The notes: generated by a model not told the origin, from the sequence alone. A stretch of 64,000 bases of DNA from Muribaculaceae bacterium (GCA_022510465.1 JAFLTJ010000002.1:3242-67241); one strand, 5' to 3'; shown: positions 1 to 10,455, counted from the first letter of the stretch. Made by a program: numbers and translations.

Positions 1-1
1 A

Positions 2-1018
2 GAGGATGTGATAGACATGGTATTGGCTGTAAATCCTCGTGCCGTCATGGTGATAAAGTCGACAATTCCGGTTGGGTATTGTCGGAGTCTGTATGTCAAG
101 TATTCTCAAAAAGGGGTCAAGAGGTTGAACCTGCTTTTCTCGCCGGAGTTTCTACGGGAAAGCAGGGCTTTGTATGACAATCTGTATCCGAGTCGCATCA
201 TTGTTGGTTATCCCAAGTTGCTGAGCTCGGATGAATACAGGCATGAGAATGAGGCGATAGCGAAAGTTGCCGACATTCCGCTTCTGACTGAAGCCGCCAA
301 AACGTTTGCCGGTCTTCTTAAAGAGGGGGCTTTGGCCGAGGATGTCCCGGTGTTGTATATGGGGTTGAAGGAGGCTGAGGCTGTAAAACTTTTTGCAAAT
401 ACCTACCTGGCGTTGCGCGTGAGCTATTTTAATGAGCTTGACACGTACGCCGAGATTAAGGGTCTTGACAGTAGGGCAATTATAGAGGGTATAGGCTTGG
501 ACCCGCGCATCGGTACCCATTACAATAATCCGTCGTTTGGTTACGGAGGGTATTGTTTGCCAAAGGATACCAAGCAGTTGCTGGCCAACTATGCCGATGT
601 TCCTCAGAATATGATGACGGCTATAGTTGAGAGTAACAGGACCCGCAAGGATTTCATAGCCGACCAGGTGTTGCGAATGGCCGGATATTACGATTATTCG
701 TCGGTAAATACTTACGGGAATGCGACCGAACGAGAGTGTGTGATAGGTGTTTACCGGTTGACAATGAAGTCGAACAGCGATAATTTCCGGCAGTCGTCGA
801 TTCAGGGGGTTATGAAGCGAATTAAAGCAAAAGGCGCTACGGTAATCATTTATGAGCCGACCTTGGAGGATGGAACGACGTTTTTCGGCAGCCGGGTTGT
901 AAATGACCTTGAGGAATTTAAACGGCTCAGCCATGCGGTTATAGCTAATCGAAACTCGGAGGAACTTAAAGATATATCACAAAAGGTGTATACGCGAGAT
1001 TTGTTTGCGCGTGACTGA
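2..1018 (+). CDS. ugd: UDP-glucose 6-dehydrogenase, 5'-truncated by the window edge
   Basis: The frame is open from base 2. It contains the UDP-glucose/GDP-mannose dehydrogenase catalytic motif [14 protein letters not shown] and the C-terminal UDP-binding domain ([16 protein letters not shown]). The listed ORF start at 8 is an internal GTG. Confidence 0.9.
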   Translation, partial: EDVIDMVLAVNPRAVMVIKSTIPVGYCRSLYVKYSQKGVKRLNLLFSPEFLRESRALYDNLYPSRIIVGYPKLLSSDEYRHENEAIAKVADIPLLTEAAKTFAGLLKEGALAEDVPVLYMGLKEAEAVKLFANTYLALRVSYFNELDTYAEIKGLDSRAIIEGIGLDPRIGTHYNNPSFGYGGYCLPKDTKQLLANYADVPQNMMTAIVESNRTRKDFIADQVLRMAGYYDYSSVNTYGNATERECVIGVYRLTMKSNSDNFRQSSIQGVMKRIKAKGATVIIYEPTLEDGTTFFGSRVVNDLEEFKRLSHAVIANRNSEELKDISQKVYTRDLFARD

Positions 1019-2147
1019 ACGTCGGGCATCGGTGGAGAGGAGTAAATCTGTTGAATCGAACAGGAAGTTGGTGTTTTTGTCGGGGATGAATTCACAACCC
1101 GGTATTATCAGGCGTGTTGAGGCATTATATACGGCCGGTTTTATGTGTAAATTCTACTCATACAATACCGGTATCTATATGCAGAACAGATTGTCGGAGG
1201 AGATAGAACAATATGATTTGGGCAGACTGAGAGATGGTTGCGACCATCGGTCAAAGTTGTGGAAGATATTACTATCAACAATTAAAATAGTAAAAAAAGA
1301 GAAACGACGGGGGACAGTATATTATGCTTTTGGAATGAAACAGGCTTTGATACTATCGTTTTTGAATGTGTCGTATATTTATGAGATTTCGGATATATTA
1401 TATGGCTATTCAAAATTCTCTAAAGTCAGTTCTCTGTTGAAATTATTAGATAAATGGATAATCAGATGTTCTCGGTTGACAATAATGACATCTGAAGGGT
1501 TTAGACGTTGGCTGGGTTATGCAGAGAACGATTCAAAGATACTGATTCAGACAAATAGGCTCGGTTTATATTACGCAGGGAAACGCCCATCTGCGAAGAG
1601 TGATTTTAATACAGAAAGGTTGGTCTTCGGATTTGTCGGCGCTCCGCGTTCAGTTGAGACGCTTGGTCGATTTGGAAGAATAATAGGGACTAAATTCCCC
1701 CATCACAAATTTTTGATTTATGGCGAAAGCTCTCAGATTGGAGCGTTTCGTGAAGTTCTTGATTCTTATCCAAATGTAGAGTTTATGGGTAGTTTTAAGA
1801 ATCCCGAGGAGTTGAGTTCCATATATGAGACGATTGATGTAGTAGTGTCAACATACGACAACAGTCAGCTAAATGAGCAAATTCTTGACACAAATAAGCT
1901 GTATGAATGTATTTTCTTTTGTAGGCCAATAGTGGTGTCAAAAGACACATACTCGGCTCGGCAAGTGGAAAAGTACCGATGTGGCTATTCGATAGATTCG
2001 TCGTCGGATGAATCTATCGAGCGTTTTATAGAAGGATTGACAACCGAAGGGTTAAAGAATATATCTACAATGGAAAGGAATTTGGATGAATCTATTTCAT
2101 TGGATAATTCAGATGAGTTAATACAGAGAATCAATCAAGTAATGTAG
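1005..2147 (+). CDS. Putative glycosyltransferase (GT1/GT4-like); start uncertain
   Basis: N-terminal KLVFLSG beta-strand/Gly loop and a C-terminal Rossmann-like half (FGFVGAPR..., [20 protein letters not shown]). It lies inside a polysaccharide cassette. No ATG precedes 1086, so the start is probably TTG 1005, GTG 1011 or GTG 1032. It is visibly more AT-rich than its neighbours. Confidence 0.55.
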   Translation: MRVTERRASVERSKSVESNRKLVFLSGMNSQPGIIRRVEALYTAGFMCKFYSYNTGIYMQNRLSEEIEQYDLGRLRDGCDHRSKLWKILLSTIKIVKKEKRRGTVYYAFGMKQALILSFLNVSYIYEISDILYGYSKFSKVSSLLKLLDKWIIRCSRLTIMTSEGFRRWLGYAENDSKILIQTNRLGLYYAGKRPSAKSDFNTERLVFGFVGAPRSVETLGRFGRIIGTKFPHHKFLIYGESSQIGAFREVLDSYPNVEFMGSFKNPEELSSIYETIDVVVSTYDNSQLNEQILDTNKLYECIFFCRPIVVSKDTYSARQVEKYRCGYSIDSSSDESIERFIEGLTTEGLKNISTMERNLDESISLDNSDELIQRINQVM

Positions 2148-2152
2148 TTGGT

Positions 2153-3193
2153 ATGTCGATATTTAGAGATAAGGTATTGTTGATAACGGGTGGTACGGGG
2201 TCGTTTGGAACGGCTGTGTTGAAGCGGTTTTTGGATTCGGATGTCAAGGAGATACGTATTTTCTCGCGCGATGAGAAAAAGCAAGACGACATGCGTCACA
2301 AGCTGCAGAGCCCGAAGGTGAGATACTATATTGGAAATGTCAGAGACAAGCGTTCGGTCGACATTGCTATGCGCGGAGTAGATTATGTGTTCTCGGCGGC
2401 CGCATTGAAACAAGTGCCATCGTGTGAGTTTTTCCCGATTGAGGCGACTCGAACAAATGTACTTGGCACGGAGAATGTGTTGCTTTCGGCCATTGAGCAT
2501 GGAATAAAAAGGGTTGTGGTGCTTTCAACCGATAAAGCTGCCTATCCCATTAATGCAATGGGGATGTCAAAGGCTCTTATGGAAAAGGTCGCCATAGCCA
2601 AAGGTAGGGAGTTGGGTGATAATGCCGATACTGTTATTTGTTGCACTCGCTATGGGAATGTAATGGCCTCACGTGGCTCGGTTATTCCCTTGTGGATTGA
2701 ACAAATGAAATCAGGCGGACCGATAACCATAACCGACCCCGAAATGACGCGCTTTATGATGACGATTGAGGATGCTGTAGATTTGGTTATGTATGCGTTT
2801 GAGAATGGCCATAATGGCGATTTGTTTGTCCAAAAAGCACCGGCAGCTACGCTTGCAACGTTGGCACTGTCGTTGAAGGAATTATATGCCCGCGTGGATT
2901 CAAGATATGCCGATACCGAGGTTAAAATCATCGGCACCCGACATGGCGAAAAGCTCTATGAAACTCTTGTGACCAGAGAGGAAATGGCAAAGGCTGTCGA
3001 TATGGGGAATTATTATAGGATTCCCTGCGATACCCGCGACCTTAACTATGATAAATTTTTCACGCAAGGAAATAAGGAGGTTGCAAAGATAGAGGATTAT
3101 CATAGCCACAACACCCATCGTCTTGACGTTGAAGAAATGAAACAACAGTTATTGCGTTTGCGTGATATTCGTGATGATTTAGGTTTGGCTTAA
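2153..3193 (+). CDS. fnlA: UDP-N-acetylglucosamine 4,6-dehydratase/5-epimerase (FnlA/CapE/WbjB family)
   Basis: N-terminus KVLLITGGTGSFG, then FSRDEKKQ...MR and STDKA...MGMSKALMEK, typical of the CapE/FnlA extended SDR family. It is followed by FnlB- and FnlC-type genes. Confidence 0.9.
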   Translation: MSIFRDKVLLITGGTGSFGTAVLKRFLDSDVKEIRIFSRDEKKQDDMRHKLQSPKVRYYIGNVRDKRSVDIAMRGVDYVFSAAALKQVPSCEFFPIEATRTNVLGTENVLLSAIEHGIKRVVVLSTDKAAYPINAMGMSKALMEKVAIAKGRELGDNADTVICCTRYGNVMASRGSVIPLWIEQMKSGGPITITDPEMTRFMMTIEDAVDLVMYAFENGHNGDLFVQKAPAATLATLALSLKELYARVDSRYADTEVKIIGTRHGEKLYETLVTREEMAKAVDMGNYYRIPCDTRDLNYDKFFTQGNKEVAKIEDYHSHNTHRLDVEEMKQQLLRLRDIRDDLGLA

Positions 3194-3205
3194 GCAAATA
3201 TTGGA

Positions 3206-4375
3206 ATGGCGGGCAAGAAGATTTTAGTAACTGGTGCACGTGGATTTGTGGGGAAAAATCTGTGTTCTCAGCTTTTGAATATAAAGACCGGCAAAGTTGC
3301 CTGTCCCGGGGTTGAAATTGACGAGGTGTTTGAATATGATATCGATTCGACTGCCGAGGATTTTGAACACTATTGTGGTGAGGCCGATTTTGTTTTTCAT
3401 CTTGCCGGGGTTAATCGCCCGCCGAAGAGTGATGATTTTAAAAATGTAAATGTTGGTTTTACTGCCCGACTTATTGAAACGTTGGATAGGCACGGAAATC
3501 GTTGCCCTATAATGTTCAGCAGCTCGATACATGCGAGGCAAGCAGGGCGTTATGCCGGTCATCCATACGGGGAGAGCAAGCGTGAATGTGAAGAGTTACT
3601 GTTCAATTACGCACGGCAAGCCGGGGTGAACGTCATGACCTACCGTTTCCCGAACATCTTTGGCAAATGGTGCCGGCCGAATTATAATTCGGTTATAGCT
3701 ACTTTTTGTTACAATATAGCTAACGGTTTACCGATTAAAATTAACAATCCCGACGAACGGCTTGAACTTGTGTATATAGACGACCTGGTAGAGGAGATGA
3801 TAGAAGCGTTAAATGGGAGGGAACATCGAGCCGGGATATACTGTGAGGTTGAGACAACGCATACGGCTACGCTTGGCGAAATAGCGCGAATGCTTGAGAA
3901 GTTTAGCAAGGAGCCCGAGACTTTGATTATCCCCGATTTAACTCCGGGTGGCCTTGAAAAGAAACTGTATTCAACTTATCTGAGTTATTTGCCGAAAGAA
4001 AAGATGTGCTATCCGTTGAAGATGAATGTTGACGCACGAGGGTCTTTTACCGAAATAATTAAAACGGTAGCGGCCGGTCAATTTTCGGTTAATATTTCCC
4101 GCCCCGGCATAGTAAAGGGTGAGCATTGGCATCATTCTAAGAATGAGAAATTTGTGGTTGTCAAAGGGCACGGGTTAATCAAACTTAGAAATGAGTATAC
4201 CGATGAGGTTCTCAATTTTGAGGTTTGCGGCGAGCGAATGCAGGTTGTGGAGATGATTCCGGGTTATACACATAGTATTCAAAATTTGTCGGACAGCGAG
4301 GATTTAATTACGCTTATATGGTGTAATGAAGTGTATAATCCCGACAAGCCTGATACTTACTCTGATAAAGTTTAA
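3206..4375 (+). CDS. fnlB: L-FucNAc pathway reductase/epimerase (FnlB/CapF/WbjC family; SDR N-domain plus cupin C-domain)
   Basis: N-terminal KILVTGARGFVGKN Rossmann motif. The C-terminal cupin-like part carries GEHWHHSKNEKF and PGYTHSIQN. It sits between fnlA and fnlC. Confidence 0.85.
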   Translation: MAGKKILVTGARGFVGKNLCSQLLNIKTGKVACPGVEIDEVFEYDIDSTAEDFEHYCGEADFVFHLAGVNRPPKSDDFKNVNVGFTARLIETLDRHGNRCPIMFSSSIHARQAGRYAGHPYGESKRECEELLFNYARQAGVNVMTYRFPNIFGKWCRPNYNSVIATFCYNIANGLPIKINNPDERLELVYIDDLVEEMIEALNGREHRAGIYCEVETTHTATLGEIARMLEKFSKEPETLIIPDLTPGGLEKKLYSTYLSYLPKEKMCYPLKMNVDARGSFTEIIKTVAAGQFSVNISRPGIVKGEHWHHSKNEKFVVVKGHGLIKLRNEYTDEVLNFEVCGERMQVVEMIPGYTHSIQNLSDSEDLITLIWCNEVYNPDKPDTYSDKV

Positions 4376-4377
4376 AG

Positions 4378-5556
4378 ATGAAAACCGACTATAAAGATAC
4401 ATGCTTCAGAAATGACGGGCGATTAAAGTTGCTGATTATTGTTGGCACTCGCCCCGAGGTCATACGCCTTTCGGCTACAATCAATAAGTGTCGCCGATAC
4501 TTTGATGTGATACTGGCACATAGCGGACAGAATTATGATTATAATCTGAACGGTGTGTTTTTCGATGACCTAAAGCTTGGAACTCCGGATGTATATATGG
4601 ATGTTGCAGGTGAGGACCTTGGCACAACTATCGGTAATATAATCAGTTGCTCCTATAAACTGATGTCGACAATCAAGCCCGACGCGTTGCTTATTCTCGG
4701 TGATACCAATTCCTGTTTAAGTGCAATTGCAGCAAAACGGCTTCATATACCTATTTTTCACGTTGAGGCAGGAAATCGCTGCAAGGATGAGTCACTTCCG
4801 GAGGAGACCAATCGACGTATTGTTGACATAATATCGGATGTCAATTTGTGTTACACGGAGCACGCCCGGCGCTACCTGTCGGAATGTGGCATGCCCATGG
4901 AGCGCACGTTTGTTGTAGGCTCTCCGATGGCCGAGATATTGCATGAAAATCTGCCGGCCATCGAGTCAAGCGAGATTTTATCGCGACTTGGCATAGAGAA
5001 AGGGCGATATATACTGCTGTCGGCCCACCGCGAAGAAAATATTGATACAGAGCGCAACTTTAATTCATTATTTACGGCTGTTAACGCTCTTGCCGGTAAA
5101 TATGATATGCCAATTTTGTACAGCTGTCATCCGAGAAGTCGTCGGCGGCTGGAAAATAGTGGTTTTAAGCTTGATAAGCGGGTTGTGTGCCACGAACCGC
5201 TCGGCTTTCACGATTACAATAATTTACAGATAAATGCCTATGCTGTAATCTCCGACTCGGGAACGCTTCCCGAAGAATCGAGTTTCTTTAGCTCAGCAGG
5301 ATATCCGTTTCCGGCAATAAGTATCAGAACATCCACCGAGCGGCCCGAGTCGATGGAGAAGGGTGGTTTTATACTGGCCGGAATAGAAGAACACAGTCTT
5401 TTGCAGGCAGTAGAAACCGCGGTTTCCATGCATCGTGACAGGGAGCATGGTGGACCGGTTGACCACTACACCGGGGAGAATGTATCGGCAACTATTGTGA
5501 AAATAATTCAATCATACGTCACTGTTGTTAACAAAATGGTGTGGCGTAAAGATTAA
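4378..5556 (+). CDS. fnlC: UDP-N-acetylglucosamine 2-epimerase, non-hydrolysing (FnlC/CapG/WecB family)
   Basis: IVGTRPEVIRL, LGDTNS, HVEAGNR and SDSGTLPEE motifs of the WecB-type epimerase family. It is the third gene of the fnl cassette. Confidence 0.9.
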   Translation: MKTDYKDTCFRNDGRLKLLIIVGTRPEVIRLSATINKCRRYFDVILAHSGQNYDYNLNGVFFDDLKLGTPDVYMDVAGEDLGTTIGNIISCSYKLMSTIKPDALLILGDTNSCLSAIAAKRLHIPIFHVEAGNRCKDESLPEETNRRIVDIISDVNLCYTEHARRYLSECGMPMERTFVVGSPMAEILHENLPAIESSEILSRLGIEKGRYILLSAHREENIDTERNFNSLFTAVNALAGKYDMPILYSCHPRSRRRLENSGFKLDKRVVCHEPLGFHDYNNLQINAYAVISDSGTLPEESSFFSSAGYPFPAISIRTSTERPESMEKGGFILAGIEEHSLLQAVETAVSMHRDREHGGPVDHYTGENVSATIVKIIQSYVTVVNKMVWRKD

Positions 5557-5563
5557 ATCATAC

Positions 5564-6769
5564 ATGAATATACTGTTCCTTTCAATCACAAGATTTGATA
5601 ATATCGACACTCGCGGTATTTATCCTGATTTGATGAGAGAATTTATCAACCGCGGGCATGATGTCTATATAGCCTCGGCATTGGAGAGACGTTTTGGAAA
5701 GCAAACATACTTAGTTAAGGCAAAGCATTGCCAATTTCTGAATATTGCCACGTTGAATATTCGCAGTGCCGGGCTTATGGAGAAGGGGATTTCAATGTTG
5801 ATGCTTGACCGGCAGTTTGATAAAGCGATAAGCCGGTATTGGGGTGATGTTCCGTTTGACATAGTGCTATATGCAACGCCGCCGGTGACGTTTTACGATG
5901 CCATTAAACATGTCAAGGAACGTTGTAAATGTCGCAGCTACCTGATGTTGAAAGATATATTTCCGCAAAATGCCGTTGACCTCGGGTTAATGAAACCGGG
6001 CGGATTGTTATACAAGGTATTTCGCAAGAAAGAGAAGCGTTTGTATGAACTATCTGACCGGATAGGTTGCATGTCGGAGGCTAATGTGGAATATGTTATA
6101 GACAATAATCCTGAAATCGACCCCGCAAATGTTGAGTTATGCCCCAACGCTATTCAACCGTTGCAACGGGACAGATTGTCGGATGTGGAGCGAAATAAAA
6201 TTCTATCACGGTATAATATTCCTGTTGATAAAACGATATTTATCAATGGTGGAAACTTGGGAAAGCCTCAAGTGGGGGAATTTTTGTTTAAGGTGCTGGA
6301 AGCAAACGAATCACGAGCCGATAGTCACATAGTGCTGATAGGTGACGGAACGGAGTTTAAACGGGTAGAGCGATGGTTTGATGAGCATAAACCGAGCAAC
6401 GCCACTCTGCTGAGCGCGATGCCAAAAGATGAGTATGACGAATTTATCAGGGCTTGTCACGTAGGGATGATATTTCTTGACCGGCGATTCACGATTCCTA
6501 ATTTCCCGTCGCGTCTTCTCACTTATCTTGAAAACCGGATGCCGGTGGTGGTTGCAAGTGATGTAAGTACTGATATTGGTCGCATTGCCGAAGAGAGAGG
6601 TTTCGGATTGTGGTGCGAAAGTGGCGATTTGGAAACCTTTGTCAGGAATATGACCAGACTTTCGGGTTCGGCCGAGAACATAAAAGAGATGGGCTGCCGG
6701 GGTTATGATTTTATGGTGAAGAATTATTCGGTCGATTTGATTGCAGATAATATATTGAACGAAAAATAA
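5564..6769 (+). CDS. wbuB: GT4 glycosyltransferase, WbuB-like (putative L-FucNAc transferase)
   Basis: Starts MNILFLSITRFDNIDTRGIYPDLMREF, as in WbuB-type enzymes. The C-terminal GT-B half includes PSRLLTYLENRMPVV. It directly follows fnlABC. The ORF-track start (TTG 5525) was trimmed to ATG 5564, which lies after the fnlC stop. Confidence 0.75.
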   Translation: MNILFLSITRFDNIDTRGIYPDLMREFINRGHDVYIASALERRFGKQTYLVKAKHCQFLNIATLNIRSAGLMEKGISMLMLDRQFDKAISRYWGDVPFDIVLYATPPVTFYDAIKHVKERCKCRSYLMLKDIFPQNAVDLGLMKPGGLLYKVFRKKEKRLYELSDRIGCMSEANVEYVIDNNPEIDPANVELCPNAIQPLQRDRLSDVERNKILSRYNIPVDKTIFINGGNLGKPQVGEFLFKVLEANESRADSHIVLIGDGTEFKRVERWFDEHKPSNATLLSAMPKDEYDEFIRACHVGMIFLDRRFTIPNFPSRLLTYLENRMPVVVASDVSTDIGRIAEERGFGLWCESGDLETFVRNMTRLSGSAENIKEMGCRGYDFMVKNYSVDLIADNILNEK

Positions 6770-6792
6770 GGTCGGCAGACTTGAAATATATG

Positions 6793-6840
6793 GCCTCCGG
6801 GTGGTTGCAGTGAACCATTCGGAGGCTTTCTTTGTTCTAT
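6793..6840 (+). terminator. Rho-independent terminator closing the polysaccharide cassette
   Basis: GCCTCCG (6793-6799) pairs with CGGAGGC (6820-6826). An inner GGTGG/CCATT extension follows, and then TTTCTTTGTT. Confidence 0.7.
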
Positions 6841-6869
6841 GTGTATAGAAACCATAAAACTTTAGAATT

Positions 6870-7442
6870 ATGTTTACGCAACCAGCACTTCCGTATTCAG
6901 CCGAGGCTCTTGAGCCGGCAATCTCAAAGCAAACTGTAGATTTTCACTACGGAAAGCATGAGAAGGCATATATTGATAACCTGAATCGTATGATTGAGGG
7001 TACCGAGTTTGAAAACAAGCCGATTGAGGATATAGTCAGAAATAGTAATGGTGGGCTGTTTAACAACGCCTCCCAGGCTTGGAATCATATTTTCTATTTC
7101 TTTAGCTTCTCCCCCGACGGCGGCGGTGAGCCGGCAGGCGATTTACGTCGTGCGATAGATGAGCAATTTGGCTCATTTGAGGAGTTTAAGAAGAAGTTTG
7201 TTGAAACGGGCGTTTCATTGTTTGGTTCAGGGTGGGTATGGCTTGTCAAGAATAAGGATGGCAAGTTGGAGATAAGGCAAGGTGCAAACGCCTGGTCGCC
7301 GCTGGCCGAAAATTTGACCCCGCTGCTGACGTTTGATGTGTGGGAACACGCCTATTATCTTGATTATCAGAATCGCCGAGCCGACTCGCTCAACGCATTG
7401 TGGGATATAGTTGACTGGCGCGTAGTGGAGAGCCGTTATTAG
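6870..7442 (+). CDS. sodB: Fe/Mn superoxide dismutase
   Basis: LPYSAEALEPAISKQTVDFHYGKH N-terminus and the FDVWEHAYYLDYQNRR metal-ligand motif. Confidence 0.93.
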   Translation: MFTQPALPYSAEALEPAISKQTVDFHYGKHEKAYIDNLNRMIEGTEFENKPIEDIVRNSNGGLFNNASQAWNHIFYFFSFSPDGGGEPAGDLRRAIDEQFGSFEEFKKKFVETGVSLFGSGWVWLVKNKDGKLEIRQGANAWSPLAENLTPLLTFDVWEHAYYLDYQNRRADSLNALWDIVDWRVVESRY

Positions 7443-7462
7443 AGCCTATAAAACGGAATACA

Positions 7463-7503
7463 AATAATCGGGGCATTCGGTAATACCGATTGCTCCGATT
7501 ATT
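7463..7503. terminator. Bidirectional terminator hairpin between convergent sodB and the GntR/ABC operon
   Basis: AATAATCGG (7463-7471) pairs with CCGATTATT (7495-7503). There is an inner TCGGT/ACCGA stem, and T-rich sequence on both sides. Confidence 0.6.
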
Positions 7504-7545
7504 CTTGTCTATTTGCTATGTGTATGGTATGTGTGTGCTTTGTAA

Positions 7546-8367
7546 CTAATTGTTAACTATTAATTTGGCGGATTTGGGATATTTAAGCTGGAGATTTACC
7601 AAACTGTCTTCATCGGCCTGGGGATGAATGGTGACTTGCGTCACGTTAAATTGGGGCTCAATGTTGATTTCAGAGCCTCCATACAGGTCGAGGTTGTCAA
7701 TCTTGGAATTATCGGTTTTTTCTAAGATAATATAGTCTGAGTTACAGCGTAAATTCCTGAAATTACAGTTTGTGCAATTAACGAAAATGGAATTGTCGTC
7801 AGATGAAATCTCGACGGGAGAGGTGAATCCGGTGAAATCAAGGCGGCACGGAGTACGCATAGATTCAATTGATTTTAAGGTTCCTGCTGGAACGCGGATT
7901 GTTGCAACTAATATATTGCTGTCAATGGAAACATCAACAGAAACGTAATTATCGCGATAGACATAATCTCGAGAATGAAGTTCGTTATCAGATTGGATTG
8001 GTTGTTGAATTGTATGCATATCAATATCGATTGTCAGTGTGCCGTCAAGGTTATTGTCAAATGTGATATTGGCGGCCCATGCGCTGTCAAGCTCGATTAC
8101 CGGTTCTGAAATCGTTGCATCTTCAACAATAGCATATTTCAGAACAACAGGTTCGTAGTAGTATGTTGTAGATGTTACTATCGGATTGCCGTCAATTAAT
8201 ATTCTGTTAAAATTGCCGGGTTTGACGGTATCGGTTGTGCCAGCCAACTCAAAGTTATGCCTCCGGGAGAAATTGGAAGATTTGGTTAGCATAATTAGTG
8301 GCCATGTGAAGGCTATAATGAATGTAACGGCCAGAAAACCGATTAATATTTTGGTTGTAGTTTTCAT
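7546..8367 (-). CDS. Membrane-anchored beta-rich protein of unknown function (possibly DUF2807/DUF4097-like beta-helix)
   Basis: Single N-terminal TM helix (ILIGFLAVTFIIAFTWPLIML), then beta-strand-rich, Asn/Asp/Ser-rich segments (NCTNCNFRNLRCNSDYIILEKTDNSKIDNLDLYGGSEINIE). Its start overlaps the GntR stop by ATGA. Confidence 0.45.
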   Translation of the reverse strand: MKTTTKILIGFLAVTFIIAFTWPLIMLTKSSNFSRRHNFELAGTTDTVKPGNFNRILIDGNPIVTSTTYYYEPVVLKYAIVEDATISEPVIELDSAWAANITFDNNLDGTLTIDIDMHTIQQPIQSDNELHSRDYVYRDNYVSVDVSIDSNILVATIRVPAGTLKSIESMRTPCRLDFTGFTSPVEISSDDNSIFVNCTNCNFRNLRCNSDYIILEKTDNSKIDNLDLYGGSEINIEPQFNVTQVTIHPQADEDSLVNLQLKYPKSAKLIVNN

Positions 8368-8744
8368 TTGGAAGAATTTTGATGGTTGTTTAAGTACCGT
8401 GAGTATAGAACGTGCAGCTCATCGGCTGTTATTCCAAGCAGAGATATACGATGGAAGAATCGAGGCAGACCCTGGTCATAGAGCTCGCGTCGGCGAATTT
8501 CGATTACTTTTTTTAGAGCGTCTTGTGCAACGAAAAAACCTATACCGCGTCGATTGTAGATAATATCGCGGGCAGCAAGCCAGTCGTATGTGCGCATGAC
8601 AGTATTTGCATTAACTTCTATCGACGCAGCATATTCTCTGACCGATGGCAACCGGCTTTCTTCGGTATAATTGCGTGCAAGTATCTCATCACAGATGCGG
8701 TCGGCTATCTGAAGGTATATGGCACGTGAATTATCGCTAAACAT
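8364..8744 (-). CDS. GntR-family transcriptional regulator, YtrA subfamily (short effector domain)
   Basis: 126 aa. The winged-HTH N-terminus reads IYLQIADRICDEILARNY..LPSVREYAASIEVNANTVMRTYDWL..GIGFFV, followed by a very short C-terminal tail. Confidence 0.85.
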   Translation of the reverse strand: MFSDNSRAIYLQIADRICDEILARNYTEESRLPSVREYAASIEVNANTVMRTYDWLAARDIIYNRRGIGFFVAQDALKKVIEIRRRELYDQGLPRFFHRISLLGITADELHVLYSRYLNNHQNSSK

Positions 8745-8764
8745 AGATATAAATTTTCAAAAAA

Positions 8765-9598
8765 TTACCAGCGTGAAATAACTTCCCATTCTTTAAGCCT
8801 GAAATAGGCAAAAACCATGCAGGCTATCGAAGAAATGAAATTGCCGATGATTACTAGATTCATAATGGCGCGTTCGCTGTCCATCCACTCAAACCGAGGT
8901 CCCACTGAGCCTAATGTCACGGCTTTGTAGACAATCGAGGATGTTGTCAAGCTCCCGATGATAATTGATAGAGCGATAATGGCTACCAATGTTTTTATGA
9001 AAGAATTATGTGGCCATAAGACGCTGCCAACGGTGAAAATTGATATCGAGACGGCAAATGTACTCCATATCAGAACCATTGAACGGTAAGGGAATGAGTA
9101 ATTTACTCGGCCCATCATTTCAGGGAATGGCACCATCAGTAGATTATTGCTCATGTGTCCGAATAATCCAACGCGTATAATGTTTGCCATATTGACCGAA
9201 ATGAACATCAGCAGAGCATATCCGGCTACGTAAACAATCGTCAGAGCGATATATTTTTCAAGGGTTGACGCCGGAGTTGTGAAAAAATTTAATCGCGAGT
9301 GCTTTGTTGATAATGCAGAAAATACTCTCGAGCCGGCAGTCATTGCAAATAAGTATGCTTGGCTAAAGCAGACGAAAGCCACCATCCAGTGTTGCGGGTC
9401 ATAATCTGAATCGTAATATGAGGGGTATTGGATGTCATATACATCCTGTCCCAACCATGTGCCTATACAGACGAGGAGGGTTGGAAGAGTCAACATGAGT
9501 GTGGCAAAAATAAGCAGATTACGCTTGTTTTCACCGATATAGCATTTCAAGAAGAGGGTTAAACGGTGAAAATTAAATGTTTGACTTGAGTGTTTCAT
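8765..9598 (-). CDS. Polytopic membrane protein, presumed permease partner of the ABC ATPase
   Basis: About six hydrophobic helices. Its start overlaps the upstream ATPase stop (ATGA at 9595-9598). I recognised no family motif. Confidence 0.5.
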   Translation of the reverse strand: MKHSSQTFNFHRLTLFLKCYIGENKRNLLIFATLMLTLPTLLVCIGTWLGQDVYDIQYPSYYDSDYDPQHWMVAFVCFSQAYLFAMTAGSRVFSALSTKHSRLNFFTTPASTLEKYIALTIVYVAGYALLMFISVNMANIIRVGLFGHMSNNLLMVPFPEMMGRVNYSFPYRSMVLIWSTFAVSISIFTVGSVLWPHNSFIKTLVAIIALSIIIGSLTTSSIVYKAVTLGSVGPRFEWMDSERAIMNLVIIGNFISSIACMVFAYFRLKEWEVISRW

Positions 9599-10455
9599 AG
9601 TTCCTCGGTGTTGGTTGGGTTGTTAAATAGTGTCGATAATTTCTGTGGATTGGCAAATGCAAAATCAAAAAGAATCTCAAGGTTGAGCCTTGTATCTTCG
9701 TCGTATTTATTCTGCAACATAACAGAGGTTCCGCCAATGCCGGGAAGTGAGTGCAACGCGCTGTTGATGACCTCGGGGTCGTTGGTGATTTCAAATATTA
9801 CTCGTTTCTGAATCTCCTCGGTTGAAGCGTTTAACAAAACTTGTTGTTGGTTCATGATTATAATATGGTCGAGCAGCGAGTCCAGGTCTCTTACCTGATG
9901 GGTGGAGATGATGAAAAGGCGTTCGGCAGAGGCTTTTTCGGCAATTAGCCTGCGAAACATCGCTTTCCCCGGTATGTCAAGGCCGTTGGTTGGTTCATCC
10001 ATCAGCACAATAGGGGTATTGCAGGCCAGGGCAAACGCCATCATGGCTTTTTTACGTTGCCCCATCGACAGCGCCCCGAGATTGATGTTATCTTCCAGCC
10101 CAAACAGGCTCAGACTGTGTTTCATGTCGTCATAATCGAAATCGGGATAGAAGGGGGCATGTATCTCAACATATTTTTGCAGAGAGATTGCCGGGAACTC
10201 AAATTCTTCCGGAACGAGGAAAATTCGTCTGATAGAATCGGGATATCTGAGGCGCGAGTTTATCCCGTTTATCAAGCAGGACCCTTTCAGAGGGGTGAGT
10301 AATCCGGAAATGAGATAGAGCAGGGTGGATTTGCCAACGCCGTTTGGCCCAAGGAGCCCGTAAACGCCACCGTTACCTATCGATAGAGAAAAGTCGTCAA
10401 GTACGAGAGCTTTCTTCCGTGAGTAATTGAAAGATAGGTTTTTAATGTCAATCAT
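9595..10455 (-). CDS. ABC transporter ATP-binding protein
   Basis: Walker A GPNGVGKST, signature LSMGQRKK, Walker B VLMDEPTNGLD, H-loop STHQ. The start was trimmed from 10557 to ATG 10455 (MIDIKNLSF), because the upstream extension covers the promoter/operator. Confidence 0.9.
   Translation of the reverse strand: MIDIKNLSFNYSRKKALVLDDFSLSIGNGGVYGLLGPNGVGKSTLLYLISGLLTPLKGSCLINGINSRLRYPDSIRRIFLVPEEFEFPAISLQKYVEIHAPFYPDFDYDDMKHSLSLFGLEDNINLGALSMGQRKKAMMAFALACNTPIVLMDEPTNGLDIPGKAMFRRLIAEKASAERLFIISTHQVRDLDSLLDHIIIMNQQQVLLNASTEEIQKRVIFEITNDPEVINSALHSLPGIGGTSVMLQNKYDEDTRLNLEILFDFAFANPQKLSTLFNNPTNTEEL

Noticed and set aside
152-934. 260-aa ORF antisense to ugd. Similar long antisense ORFs occur at 13476-14072, 21251-22033, 28316-28837, 32902-33705, 36601-37095, 44895-45404, 48574-49047 and 59368-59841.
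   Set aside because: Each lies entirely within, and opposite to, a gene with strong family motifs. Their translations are low-complexity or compositionally odd and show no recognisable motifs. They are typical shadow ORFs.
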